A program made the position numbers and the translations under genes. 64,000 nt of DNA from an uncultured Verrucomicrobiae bacterium (GTDB lineage Bacteria > Verrucomicrobiota > Verrucomicrobiia > Limisphaerales > Palsa-1400), in assembly GCA_963707025.1 (NCBI GenBank), contig CAVPOM010000007.1, positions 320,001 to 384,000 on the forward strand, given 5' to 3'. The notes below the pieces were generated by a model, which made no database searches, was not told the origin of the DNA, and was given only the letters and a program-made list of their open reading frames with translations. Position 1 is the stretch's first letter. Each line of letters starts with the position of its first letter. This document shows, piece by piece, positions 30,726 through 41,300 of this stretch.

Positions 30726-32042
30726 TCACGGGCGCGGACCGGAGCCGGTCCGGTTGAGTTTCATGCCGAGCCACGAATCCATTTTGGAAAAAAACAAGTC
30801 CTTTTGCTCCGGCGAAAAGGCGCTGACCCGCGCCCCATGATGGCTGTCGGCCACCACGATTTTAACGGCGTCCGTGCGCCCGAGCAGTTGCATTTGCGTG
30901 GCCGACCAGGCGTCCAGTTCGCCATAAACGTAGATGACATGATTGGCCTTGTACTGGAGGAAATTATAGACAAACGCCATCGTCGCCGGATTATACACAA
31001 TTTTCGCGCCGTCGGGACAAATGGCCAGGTTGGAGGGGTTTTTCAAAGTCTTCATGTACTTCTTGAAATCGGTGATGTCATAATTGTAATATCCGATTTC
31101 GGTGAAGGCCTGGTATTGGAAGGCCTGAAACTGCCTTTTGCCCGCGTCGGCGTAATAACGCATGGTTCCCACCCGGTTATAGTATTTGGCCAGGCTTTCC
31201 GCAGAGGCGTCGGACGGCGGAATGTTGGTCGCGCTCTGCCCGTACTGCCAGAAATAATAGGGGTATTCCAGGACGCCGTACTCGTAAGCCTCCGCCAGGC
31301 CCATGGAAATGGTCCACCCCTGGCCATCGGCGTATTTCTTGACGTAGGGCAGGATCTCGTCCTCCCGTTTGAACAGCGCGATTTGGAGCTCCTTTATTTT
31401 CTGGCGGGTGGCGGCGTCGCCCACCGTTTCGATGAAATGATTGATGCGCGGGTCTTCCTGGGTGACGTTGACCGGCGCGACGTAGGCCACCGTCGCATCC
31501 ACATCCTCCGGATAATAGCATTTGTAAAACAGCGCCGTCTGTCCGCCTTTGCTGCTGCCGGAGCTGACCCACTTTCCCTTGTAGAGCGTTTTGAGCGCGG
31601 AGACGATGGCGTGCATATCGTCCGCCGCATTTTTGACCGTCAGATATTCCCACTGCACCGGAGCAGGCATCGAATCCCCAAAAAAACGGTGTTCGACCGT
31701 GACCAGGTTGCCGCCGAGCATGGATTGCAGTTCGCCGCCGGAATTGCCGCGGGCCGCATAACCTTCCGTTTCCAGCAGCACCGCTTTGTCGTAACCGGCA
31801 TGGGAGAGGAAGCATTTCTGGTGGAACTTCGGGCCGGCTGGATTCTGGTGGTCCAGAAGCTGCTCAAAGGTGATGGTGAAAGATTCCTGGAACGCCCCCC
31901 GCGCCGGGGTGGCGCGCACCGCCACCACCCCGGGCAATGCCTTGAGCTTTTGATACAGCTCCGATTCGGTGTTGGTGGTTTGCGCGCCGCTGCCAAGGGA
32001 AACCAGAACCAAGGCGGTCAAAATCAGGTGGAGACGTTTCAT
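30726..32042 (-). CDS. Secreted serine aminopeptidase (S28/S37, tripeptidyl aminopeptidase-like)
   Basis: QLLDH, VEHRFFGDS.P, GSSKGG nucleophile elbow, YVYGELDAW. Confidence 0.85.
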   Translation of the reverse strand: MKRLHLILTALVLVSLGSGAQTTNTESELYQKLKALPGVVAVRATPARGAFQESFTITFEQLLDHQNPAGPKFHQKCFLSHAGYDKAVLLETEGYAARGNSGGELQSMLGGNLVTVEHRFFGDSMPAPVQWEYLTVKNAADDMHAIVSALKTLYKGKWVSSGSSKGGQTALFYKCYYPEDVDATVAYVAPVNVTQEDPRINHFIETVGDAATRQKIKELQIALFKREDEILPYVKKYADGQGWTISMGLAEAYEYGVLEYPYYFWQYGQSATNIPPSDASAESLAKYYNRVGTMRYYADAGKRQFQAFQYQAFTEIGYYNYDITDFKKYMKTLKNPSNLAICPDGAKIVYNPATMAFVYNFLQYKANHVIYVYGELDAWSATQMQLLGRTDAVKIVVADSHHGARVSAFSPEQKDLFFSKMDSWLGMKLNRTGSGPRP

Positions 32043-32225
32043 GCTTTTTGGATTCTCAGCGCCCCGAAATTAGGACCCTGCGGCGGGCTTGTCAAGGAAG
32101 GCCGGCGGGCGAGGCCACGAAGCAAATTAAGATTATGATTAAGATCAGGGGCAGATGCCCAAAAAAGTGAAAAGCGCCTCCCCGGCTCAAAATTAACCTT
32201 TTCACCTCCCGCTCCCTCCCTTAGA

Positions 32226-34328
32226 GTGCCCCTCATGCAAACCGATTCTGCAAAGGATATACGCAATTTTGCCATCGTCGGCCACGCCTCCTGCGGGAAA
32301 ACCTTGTTGAGTGAAGCCATGCTCGCTTGCAGCGGCGTGATCGGCCGCATGGGCCGCATTGCCGACGGCTCCACCGTTTCCGACTACCACCCCAGCGAAA
32401 AACAGCGCCAGATTTCCACCCAGGCCTCCCTCCTCCACACCACCTGGTTGGGGAAGAAGTTCAATCTGATTGACACCCCCGGCTACCTGGACTTCGTGGG
32501 CGAGGCCCTCAGCGCCTTGCGCGCCGCCGACCTGGCCCTGGTCGCGATCCATGCGCGCGACGGCGTCGGCGTCGGCACCTCGCGGGTCTGGAACTACGCC
32601 AGCGAACTGGGCATCCCCAAGATTATTGTGGTCAACGTCGTGGACAAACTCAACGGGCGCTTCGATGAAAGGCTGGCGGCCCTGCGCGAGCAGTACGGGG
32701 CCGGGGTTTTTCCCTTGAACCTTCCCGTCAATCCCGGGGCCGGCTTCAACCAGGCCCTCGATGTCCTGCGCAGCGAGGTGGTCACCTATGACACCTCCGA
32801 CGGGCGCGGCAAATTCCGCGAGGAGGCCGCCGAGGGGGCGTTGAAGGAGACGGTCACGCGGCTGCACCGCGAGTTGATCGAGCACATCGCCGAATCGGAT
32901 GACGCCCTGCTCACCAAGTTTTTCGACCAGGGCGGTCTGACCGAGGAGGAGTTTCGCGCCGGCATTCACGACGCCGTGCTCAAGCAGCATTTCATTCCCC
33001 TGTTTTGCACGGCGGCGGAGACCAGGGTGGGCGTGGCCCGCCTGATGGATTTCATCGCCAAATACGCCCCTTCCCCCGTGGACCGCGACCGCCAGACCGG
33101 GCGGGACGCCAATGACGCGCCGGTCGAGGTGCGCCTGGCCGGGGACGCGCCGGTGGTCCACATTTTTAAAACCATGGCGGAGGAGCACTTTGGCGAGCTG
33201 TCTTTCTTCCGCGTTTACTCCGGCGCCGTCCGTTCCGGCATGGAACTGTTCAACGCCGACCGGAACACGACCGAACGCATCGGTCAAATCTACCTTCTCA
33301 ACGGACGCGAGCGCAAGGCGGTGGACGAGTTGCGCGGCGGCGATATTGGCGCGGTGGTGAAATTGAAGGACACGCACACCGGCAACACCCTCGGCTCGGC
33401 CGCGCGCCCGGTGCGCCTGCCCAAGGTGGAGTACCCGCGCCCCACCATCCATGCCTCCTTGATCTTCAGCGTCAAGGGCGAGGAAGACAAGGTCGCCGCC
33501 GGCCTGGCCGCCCTGCACGAGGAGGACCCCACCTTTGTCCACCGGGTTGATTCGGAACTGCATCAAACCATTATTTCCGCGCAAGGCGAACTGCATCTGG
33601 AGGTGGTGGTGGAGCGGCTGCGCCGCCGTTTCAATGTCCATGTCGAGCTGGGCGAGCCGCGCATTCCCTTCCGCGAAACCATCGCCGCCCCGGCCGATTC
33701 CCGTTACCGCCACAAAAAGCAAACCGGCGGCGCCGGCCAATTCGCCGAAGTCTGGATGAAAATCGAGCCGCTGCCCCGCGATTCCGGCGTTGATTTCACC
33801 GAATCCCTCACCGGCCAGAATGTGGACCGCGTCTTTGTCCCCTCCGTCGAGGAAGGCGTGCAGAACGCCTGCCGCGAAGGCATCCTGGCCGGCTACAAGG
33901 TGGTGGACGTCAGAATTGATTTCTACGACGGCAAAATGCACCCGGTGGACTCCAAGGACATCGCCTTCCAAATCGCCGGCTATTTTGCCTTCAAAGAGGC
34001 CTTTCTCAAAGCCCGCCCCTGCCTGCTCGAACCCATTCACCAGGTCGAGGTCCATATTCCGGAGGACTGCCTGGGCAAAGTCATGGGCGACATTTCCAGC
34101 CGGCGCGGCCGCATTCTGGGGGTGGACACCGACGGCCTGTTCCAGGTGATCAAGGCCCTGGTTCCGGCCCGCGAACTTTACCGCTACTCCAGCACCCTGC
34201 GTTCCCTCACCTCCGGCCGCGGCGTTCACTCCGAAGCCTTCGATCATTACGAGGAAATGCCCCGCGACATGGAACAAAAAGTGATCGAGGAGGCGAAAAA
34301 GCGCAAAGCCGAAACCCATGTCAAGTGA
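32226..34328 (+). CDS. fusA: Elongation factor G paralog (EF-G II type)
   Basis: IRNFAIVGHASCGKT, IDTPGY.DF, QGELHLE, KKQTGGAGQF, GKMHPVDS; not in a str operon. Confidence 0.9.
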   Translation: MPLMQTDSAKDIRNFAIVGHASCGKTLLSEAMLACSGVIGRMGRIADGSTVSDYHPSEKQRQISTQASLLHTTWLGKKFNLIDTPGYLDFVGEALSALRAADLALVAIHARDGVGVGTSRVWNYASELGIPKIIVVNVVDKLNGRFDERLAALREQYGAGVFPLNLPVNPGAGFNQALDVLRSEVVTYDTSDGRGKFREEAAEGALKETVTRLHRELIEHIAESDDALLTKFFDQGGLTEEEFRAGIHDAVLKQHFIPLFCTAAETRVGVARLMDFIAKYAPSPVDRDRQTGRDANDAPVEVRLAGDAPVVHIFKTMAEEHFGELSFFRVYSGAVRSGMELFNADRNTTERIGQIYLLNGRERKAVDELRGGDIGAVVKLKDTHTGNTLGSAARPVRLPKVEYPRPTIHASLIFSVKGEEDKVAAGLAALHEEDPTFVHRVDSELHQTIISAQGELHLEVVVERLRRRFNVHVELGEPRIPFRETIAAPADSRYRHKKQTGGAGQFAEVWMKIEPLPRDSGVDFTESLTGQNVDRVFVPSVEEGVQNACREGILAGYKVVDVRIDFYDGKMHPVDSKDIAFQIAGYFAFKEAFLKARPCLLEPIHQVEVHIPEDCLGKVMGDISSRRGRILGVDTDGLFQVIKALVPARELYRYSSTLRSLTSGRGVHSEAFDHYEEMPRDMEQKVIEEAKKRKAETHVK

Positions 34329-34488
34329 AATGCTTCCGCCGCGTCAGCGCCGGGCGCATCTTGACACTGTTGCTGGCGGAGTGCGGCCGTCCCCGGCCGC
34401 AGCAAGCCGGGGATTCTTTGGGTGCGCAGAAAGATCACCGGCGCCCCATGCTTCCCACGCTGCTGCGCCCGAGGACGGGGAATGGCGC

Positions 34489-34836
34489 TTAAATAAGACC
34501 TAAAACTTTCTTACCCAGCCTCTTACGACGCGGGGGATGCGGGATGGTTTCAAACAAGACCTGACGGCTCAAGCGTTGCATGGCTTTGATGGTGGCTTGC
34601 ACCTCCCGCCACTCGGCAATGGCGTCATGGAGCCACTCATATTGTTCTTTGGAGAGAGCGACACTGACCGTTTTGCCTTTGACCTTGCGGGTCCACTGAT
34701 AACAAGGGCCGCCTGCTCCGGGGCCGCGGTCTTGCACGTAGCCCTCGCTGATCCAGCCGGTTCTGGCCAGCCGGTCGCGTAATTGGGCGTATTGGGCCTG
34801 CCATTGGGCTGGCCGGGTTGTTTTGTGAGTCGGCAT
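34489..34836 (-). CDS. Small basic IS accessory protein (DUF6788-like)
   Basis: G.V......GPCYQWTRKVKGKTVS..LS.EQ pattern; stop codon lies in the left TIR. Confidence 0.7.
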   Translation of the reverse strand: MPTHKTTRPAQWQAQYAQLRDRLARTGWISEGYVQDRGPGAGGPCYQWTRKVKGKTVSVALSKEQYEWLHDAIAEWREVQATIKAMQRLSRQVLFETIPHPPRRKRLGKKVLGLI

Positions 34837-34861
34837 AAAGAAAAGAGTAGCAGACGTGTCA

Positions 34862-34887
34862 ATAAGGCGGTATATATACCGCCTTAT
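34862..34887. promoter_or_regulatory. Perfect 26-bp palindrome between the divergent IS genes
   Basis: ataaggcggtatatataccgccttat equals its own reverse complement and overlaps the transposase ATG. Confidence 0.8.
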
Positions 34888-36373
34888 GCCCGACACCCCC
34901 TTCTTCCCGGCCTGGCGGCCCCGTCTGGCGGCGGCGGGCCGCCGCTGTGCCCACAGCCTGGCGCGCCTCCGTCACGCCACCTTGAGTCAGATCGAGGACC
35001 GCCTGGCTCCCGCCTTGCCCACCGACCTCCTGCGAAAACCGGCCGCCGGCGACTACTCCCGCGAGCAGGTTTACACTCTGGTTCGCACCTGGTGGTGCTG
35101 GGTCTGGCCAGTCTTCCAAGCCAACACTTCCTGCCGCCACGTCGTCCTTCAGGTGCAGGCCCTGCTGGCCTTGGTCCAAGGCCCGGAACCGGAGCCGGAC
35201 AGCAGCGCCTATTGCCAGGCCCGCGCCAAACTCCCCCTGGCCTTGCTGGAGCAAGCCTTCGCGGCCAGCGCCGACAGCGCCGAAAAGCGCGCCCCGGCCA
35301 GTACGCTGCTACAGGGCCGCCCGTTGAAAGCGGTCGATGGCAGCGGCACCCACCTGCCCGACACCCCGGCCAATCGGGCGGCCTTTCCCCCCAGCCAAAG
35401 CCTGCAGCCCGGCGGCGGCTTTCCCCACCTGCGCGTGGTGGCTCTGTTCTCCGCCGCCAGCGGCGCCCTTTTGGCCAAAGCCACCGGCAGCCTGCGCTCC
35501 TCCGAACTGGCTCTGTTTCTCCACGGCTTGCGCTCGGCTTTGCACCCCGGCGACATCCTCTTGGGCGACCGCGCCTATGGGGTTTATATTATCGCCGCCG
35601 TCCTCCAACTCCTGGGCGTGGATTTGCTCGCGCGGGTCTCCGTGCGCAACCGCAAGGTGGATTTCCGCCAGGCCCGCCAACGCCTGGGTCACTGGGACGC
35701 GCTCTTTACCTGGTCCAAACCCGGCCGGCCTTCGCCCCTGCTTTCGTTCCTGGAATGGCTCGGACTGCCGCCGCAGATCACGGTGCGGGTGCTGCGCGCG
35801 CGCCTGAGCCGGGCCGGCTTCCGCACCCGCCACCTGACCCTGGTCACGACCCTGTTGGATGCGGCGCTTTTTCCAGCGGAGGAACTGGCGGCCGCTTATG
35901 CCCGGCGCTGGCGCATGGAACTGTGCCTGGACGATCTCAAAACCACCCTGGGCATGCAGAGCCTGCATTGCCTCTGTCCCCGCATGGTGGAGAAAGAACT
36001 CCTGCTCTTCCTCACCGCCCATAATTTCCTGCGCTGGATCATGGCCGAAGCCGCGCAAAGCCAGAACGTGGACTTGGATCGGATCAGTTTCAAAGGCAGC
36101 CTGGACGCCTTCCGGCAATGGACGCAGGCACTGGCACAACTCGGACACGCCCGGAACAAAGGGGGACGGCGCCGCCAATTATGGCAGCGGCTGCTCCGAA
36201 GGCTGGCGACCGATCTGGTGCCCAGGCGTCCGGGAAGAGCGGAGCCGCGCGCTGTCAAGAAACGATCCAAATACCCCCATTTGAACAAATCGCGGCATCA
36301 ATACCGCCAGCCCTGGAGCCGCAATAAACGCCGCCGTCTGGCCCGGGCCAAAAGAAAGGCTTCCCTTATTTAA
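34886..36373 (+). CDS. IS4-family DDE transposase
   Basis: AVDGS, LGDRAY, YARRWRMELCLDDLK (YREK motif); stop codon lies in the right TIR. Confidence 0.93.
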   Translation: MPDTPFFPAWRPRLAAAGRRCAHSLARLRHATLSQIEDRLAPALPTDLLRKPAAGDYSREQVYTLVRTWWCWVWPVFQANTSCRHVVLQVQALLALVQGPEPEPDSSAYCQARAKLPLALLEQAFAASADSAEKRAPASTLLQGRPLKAVDGSGTHLPDTPANRAAFPPSQSLQPGGGFPHLRVVALFSAASGALLAKATGSLRSSELALFLHGLRSALHPGDILLGDRAYGVYIIAAVLQLLGVDLLARVSVRNRKVDFRQARQRLGHWDALFTWSKPGRPSPLLSFLEWLGLPPQITVRVLRARLSRAGFRTRHLTLVTTLLDAALFPAEELAAAYARRWRMELCLDDLKTTLGMQSLHCLCPRMVEKELLLFLTAHNFLRWIMAEAAQSQNVDLDRISFKGSLDAFRQWTQALAQLGHARNKGGRRRQLWQRLLRRLATDLVPRRPGRAEPRAVKKRSKYPHLNKSRHQYRQPWSRNKRRRLARAKRKASLI

Positions 36374-36458
36374 GCGCCATTCCCCGAGGACGGGCGCACT
36401 CCTGTAGCCTTCTTGCGCCTGACTTCGGTAGCAGTGTCAAGATGCGCCCGTCAGCGCC

Positions 36459-37832
36459 TTAACGATTCGGGGCGCGGTCAATGGTAACGCGGTTGGTGGA
36501 AATATCACCGGCGTTGGTCAGGATGTCGTCCAGGCGCACGCCGTGAAAGGAACAATCCTCCAGGCGCACGCCGGCAATGGTGGAGTTGGTCGTGCCGATG
36601 ACGGAGAGCACGCGCGGGCTGTTTGCCGCCGTGACGTTCTGCATCACCACGTTGCGCACGACCGGCGGGAACGGCCCGGAGTTGACCCGCGAATAAACCA
36701 GGTCAATGGTCAGCACCTGTTCCTTGACGCTGCCGACCTCGATGTTGCGCATGAAGACGTTGGCAATGACGCCCCCGCGCTGGGCGTTGGATTTCAGGCG
36801 CAAGACGCAGTTCAGGTTCGGGCTGTCCATCCGGCAGTTTTCGGCAAAAACATTGCTCACGCTCCCGGAAACTTCGCTGCCCACCACCACCCCGCCGTGC
36901 CCGTCCTTCATCACGCAGTCCCGCACCACGATGTTTTGCGAAGGGACATGCACGCGGCGGCCATCGGCGTTCTTGCCGGACTTGATGGCGATGCAGTCGT
37001 CGCCGGTGTCAAATGTGCAGTTTTCGATGAGCACGTCGCGGCAGCATTCGGGATCGCAGCCGTCGTTGTTGGGGCCGTGGCTGGAAATGGCGACCCCGCT
37101 CACGGTGATGTTGGTGGAGAGAACAGGATGGATTTCCCACATGGGAGAATTGGTAATGCGCACGTCCGCGATGAGCACATTGCGGCAGCGATAGGGCTGG
37201 ATGAAATTGGGCCGCAGTCCCCCGCCTTCGCCGAAGACGCGTTCCGCCACCGGCAGGCCGGCGTCGGCCTCGTCCATCAGTTTTTTGCTGCCGCCGCCCG
37301 CGCCCTGCGCCCGCAAGCCCCACCACGTCTGCGCGCCGGACCCGTCGAGAGTGCCCGCGCCGGTGACGGCGATGTTTTCCTGCCCGAAGGCATAAATGAG
37401 CGGCGAATAGTTCATGCACTCGGAGCCTTCAAACCGCGTGAAAACAACCGGCAGAAATTTCGCGCGGTCGGGGCTGAATCGCAGCGTGGCCCCCGCGGCG
37501 ATGTGCAGGTTCACGTTGCCCAGCAACTGCACCGCCCCCGTGAGAAAGGCGCCGCCGGCCACCACCACCCGCCCGCCGCCCGCCGTGTGGCAGGCGGCGA
37601 TGGCCTGGGCGATGGCGTCCGTGCAATCGGTCGCGCCGTCCCCCTTCGCCCCAAACCCGGTGATGGGGAAATCGCGCGCCGGGAATTGCGGCGGCTGAAT
37701 GCGGGCGAGAATGGCGGGAACGAAGTTCCACCCGGCCGCGCCGGCCGTGGCGCCGGGTTCCTTGGGCGCAGGATGCAGCGCGCACGAAGTAACGGCGACT
37801 GCCAACAATAAAATAACCGGATGATTCTTCAT
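36459..37832 (-). CDS. Glycoside hydrolase family 28 (polygalacturonase-like), lipoprotein-type signal
   Basis: NNDG.DP, TGDDCIAIKSG, GHGGVVVGSE, RLKS. Confidence 0.92.
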   Translation of the reverse strand: MKNHPVILLLAVAVTSCALHPAPKEPGATAGAAGWNFVPAILARIQPPQFPARDFPITGFGAKGDGATDCTDAIAQAIAACHTAGGGRVVVAGGAFLTGAVQLLGNVNLHIAAGATLRFSPDRAKFLPVVFTRFEGSECMNYSPLIYAFGQENIAVTGAGTLDGSGAQTWWGLRAQGAGGGSKKLMDEADAGLPVAERVFGEGGGLRPNFIQPYRCRNVLIADVRITNSPMWEIHPVLSTNITVSGVAISSHGPNNDGCDPECCRDVLIENCTFDTGDDCIAIKSGKNADGRRVHVPSQNIVVRDCVMKDGHGGVVVGSEVSGSVSNVFAENCRMDSPNLNCVLRLKSNAQRGGVIANVFMRNIEVGSVKEQVLTIDLVYSRVNSGPFPPVVRNVVMQNVTAANSPRVLSVIGTTNSTIAGVRLEDCSFHGVRLDDILTNAGDISTNRVTIDRAPNR

Positions 37833-37833
37833 T

Positions 37834-38058
37834 CTAGCGATGAAGCATAAACTCTTCGATTGTCATCCCTATGTCCCTGGCAATCTGGCGCAGCAGAAAT
37901 GGCGAAATATCCCGTCCCGAATGAAACGGCACGGTTGTGCCTCGTCCGTCCGGATGCCGGTATTGTTTATGGGAACCACGCTGCCGCACGACGCTGAAGC
38001 CAGGGTTTTCAAGAATGCGACCGACCTCCCGCGCTTTGAGAACCGGGATCGCGCCCAT
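37834..38058 (-). CDS. hicA: HicA-family toxin
   Basis: GF...[20 protein letters not shown]. Confidence 0.92.
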   Translation of the reverse strand: MGAIPVLKAREVGRILENPGFSVVRQRGSHKQYRHPDGRGTTVPFHSGRDISPFLLRQIARDIGMTIEEFMLHR

Positions 38059-38060
38059 GG

Positions 38061-38270
38061 CTAAGGCACGGTGACGGTTTGTATGCCGAGAAACTCAGCC
38101 TCCAGCCGGGGTTCGCCATCCTCTGTCAACATCGCGATCACTTCCTTTAGATTCTGGTTCATCTCATCCAGCGTCGCGGCTTGCGAATGAGCGCCCGGGA
38201 AACCGGGAACGTAGCCTGCCAGAAGTCCAGTCTCAGGACATCGCTCGACGATGGCAGTGTATGTTTTCAT
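38061..38270 (-). CDS. hicB: Short HicB-family antitoxin
   Basis: YTAIVE...G....[15 protein letters not shown]...NL.E.I. Confidence 0.9.
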   Translation of the reverse strand: MKTYTAIVERCPETGLLAGYVPGFPGAHSQAATLDEMNQNLKEVIAMLTEDGEPRLEAEFLGIQTVTVP

Positions 38271-38384
38271 ATCGCAATCATAGAGTATTCCCAACTTGTG
38301 GACTGTCAACCCCAGCGCTCTTCCGCGCGTCCATCACTCGGCTGGCACTGTGTTTATTGCAAACAAAAAAACTTGGCCGCGCGA

Positions 38385-41300
38385 TCAAAACTCCATCACC
38401 TTTTCCGCCGTGGTCACAAGTTGGACCGGCCCGAGCAGACCCGAAATCATCAAGGGCGTCCGGCGCGTCAGCTTGCGGATGTTGGTCTGTGTCACGCGCT
38501 GGGCGGCGGGCAGGAACTGGTCGCCGATGATGCGATTGGGCCAGAAGTTGGTCACGCGGACGACCAGCCTGTTTTTTCCGGGGCGGGCCGCGCCCGTCAG
38601 GTCCACCCGCCACGGCGGCTTCCACAAGATGCCCAGAGGATGGCCGTTGAGGACAATTTCGGCCAACTCATGAACCTCTCCCAGATCAAGCCAGAGATGA
38701 AGGCCGCTCCCCAACCGGGCCGAGTCAAGATCAATTTCCCGCGTATATTGGAGCGTGCCGGAAAAGTATTTGAGCTTGGGGTCGTCAAACTCCGTCCAGG
38801 ACTTCAACGACGGCAACGGCATGGCTTGGGTTACGGAACTGTCAAGTTCGTGCAGCGGCGCCTCCAGCGTCCAGCCGTCCGCCAGCGCGACGGGATCGGG
38901 CAAGGGCGCAACGATGACCCGGGCAACGCGTCCGAGTGAGTCGGTCAGTTCATAGCGGCCCGGCGCGCCGGTTTGCAGGACAGACTGGCCGCCACGCTCC
39001 GACACCTGCACCGCGCCGGAAAAATCCCGTGCCGAGCCGGTAACGAAAACCGGCTGGCCGTCCTTGCTGGCCCCGATCACCGACGCCCGGGCAGGCCCGC
39101 GAAAGAGGACGAAGGCGGAGCCGTAAGGTTCCAAGCGCAAGGGCACGGCCGTGCGTCCCTCCTTTTCCTCGCAGGCAACGCCGCGGCGGATTTCCCCGCT
39201 GTCCGGCAGCCACAATTCCGGGGCCTTGCCCGCCACCCGGAAGGTGCAGGTGACGTTTTCCCAGTGGTTGGTGGGGTTGGCCACAAAGTAAATCTCCGTC
39301 GCGCCATCGCGGCGATGGATGTAGTCCAGGACCACCCCCGGATTGGCGCCGCTGAACTCGAAGTCCGGACGGACGCCGTCGTCCAGCAGTACCTGGCGCG
39401 CGGCTTTTCCCCAGATGACACGGCCTTTGCCAAAGGAATGCCCGGTTTTGGCGGGGTCGTTGGCGCCGCCCCAAAGTTCCGCGGCCAGCGCGGCCACTTC
39501 CACGTCGCATTGGGGGAAATTTTCCAGGCCGGTGGCCGCGACCGGGCGCGGGCCGATGACGGTCGCGCCCCCGGCCACCAGGGTCTTGACCTTGCGCAGG
39601 ACTGGCAGGGCGATGCGATTGTCATCGGGCAGGACCAGGAGGCGGTAGCTCATGCCATCGGGCAGGACGATGCGCCCATCCCGCGCCGCCATGCGGTTGA
39701 GGAGGACTTCCTCGGTGGCAACGTCGTAGTCGAAACCGGGCAGGACCCTGGCGGTGTTGGCGCGTTTGAGCTGGGTGAAGTTGGGCACGCCATCGCCATA
39801 GTATTGACATGCGTCGGCGACAAAGAGGCCCTGCTGCATTAAAAACTGGCAGCAGTTGAGGTAGGAGACAAAGGGGCCGGAAACGGGCCACCAAGTGGTG
39901 TTGGGATTGATATGGGTGCCGGCGAAGTATTGCTGGCCGGGCAGGCCCATGGCGGCGGGGGAGCAGACAAAGGCATGCCAGACCAGCCGGTTCAAGCCTT
40001 CGCCCAGGGCGCGGTCAAAGGTCGGTTTGAGGTTGTCCCACAGCGTCTCCTGCCAGTGCAGCCCGATGTCGGTAAATCCTTCCCCCACCACCAGACGCCG
40101 CCCGTAGGTGTGCGCCGCGCTGGCGGGTTGCTTGATGAAAAACCGGTCGGTGTCCGCTATCCGATGGATGGGCGACCGCGCCCAGAACTCCGACATGGGC
40201 GCGTCGTCCAGGCCCAGGCATTGCAGCGAGTCCACCGGCACCGAGTGCGGGCCGCCGGACTCGGGGTGAATTTCCATGCCGTGCCGGTGGGCGCCCTCGC
40301 TGAAAAGCTTGAAATGATTGTCAATGGCCAGGTCCCCGATGGTGCGGCGGAAATCGTGCAGAAAGCGGTCGCTCACCCGCCTGCTGTCCACAATGTATCC
40401 CGCCAGCACCGGCAAAAAGGGCAGCAAATCGTAGCCGCGCCGGCGCTGGAATTCCGCCCGCAGGCTGGGCGTCCAGTTGAGCACTTCCACCTCCCAACTG
40501 TCGGTGTGCAGGTACTTCAGGGTCTTGCCCGCCAGCGGCCCGGCGTCGGCGATCAACGGTTCCACCGCCTGGGCCCAGTAGGAACGGAAAATGCCGCCAT
40601 CAATCGGATCCAGCGCGTAGCCCTGCCAGGTCTGGCTGCTGGTGGAAACGCGGCTGTGGTCGTTGAGCGTGTAACCCAGCCGCAGAATCTCCCAGTCGCC
40701 CGCCGGCGCGTCCCAGCGCAACACCCCGTCGCCGCCCAGCCCGGCCGTGATGTCAATAACTTTTTGCGAATGGGTGTCCTCCTCGCCCGCAATGTCCGGC
40801 CATTCCTGCAACAGCGGCGCGCAATCCGGGGTGGACCAGCCCAGGCCCTTGATCAGGGCCTTCTCGCTCCAGTTCTGGAGGGGCGGCCGCGGATGGGCCG
40901 CTGGGTCCACCGGAAAGGCCAGCACACAGACCTCGCGGTACAATTCGGGGGCGTGCTTCGGCAGGGCCAGCGAGTTGCTAAACGAGAGCGAGCCGTGGAC
41001 GCGGGTTTCCGACCAAGTGAGCTTCTTGGGCGCGTCTTCCGCCTTGATCATCGGCCCGCCCAGATTCCAGCCGCTCTGGATGTTCAGGCTCATCTCCAGG
41101 CCCAGCCGGCTGGCTTCCTGGAGGGTGAATTTAAAAAGCGCGCGCCATTCCGGGCTGAGGTAAGCGGGACCGGCCGGGACCTGGGCGTTGCCCTCCTGGT
41201 CCGCGCCGCCGGCGTCGGTGATGATGGCGCCGCCGAAACCCTTGGCTTTCATCTCTTCCAGATCGCGGGTGATGGCCGCCTTGGTGACATTGCCATTGAG

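Larger units (their letters stand above)
34480..36382. mobile_element. IS4-family insertion sequence (1903 bp) with two divergent ORFs
   Basis: Perfect 18-bp TIR gaatggcgcttaaataag / cttatttaagcgccattc; 12-bp duplication cccgaggacggg (34468-34479 / 36383-36394). Confidence 0.92.
34352..36449. mobile_element. 183-bp miniature inverted-repeat element containing a REPIN, interrupted by the IS4 element
   Basis: Perfect 18-bp TIR gggcgcatcttgacactg (34352-34369 / 36432-36449); 9-bp direct repeat gtcagcgcc (34343-34351 / 36450-36458); uninterrupted homolog at 46861-47043. Confidence 0.85.

Noticed and set aside
38344..38362. Sigma-54 promoter-like TGGCAC...TTGCA
   Set aside because: Spacing is 2 nt too long, and it points against the local genes
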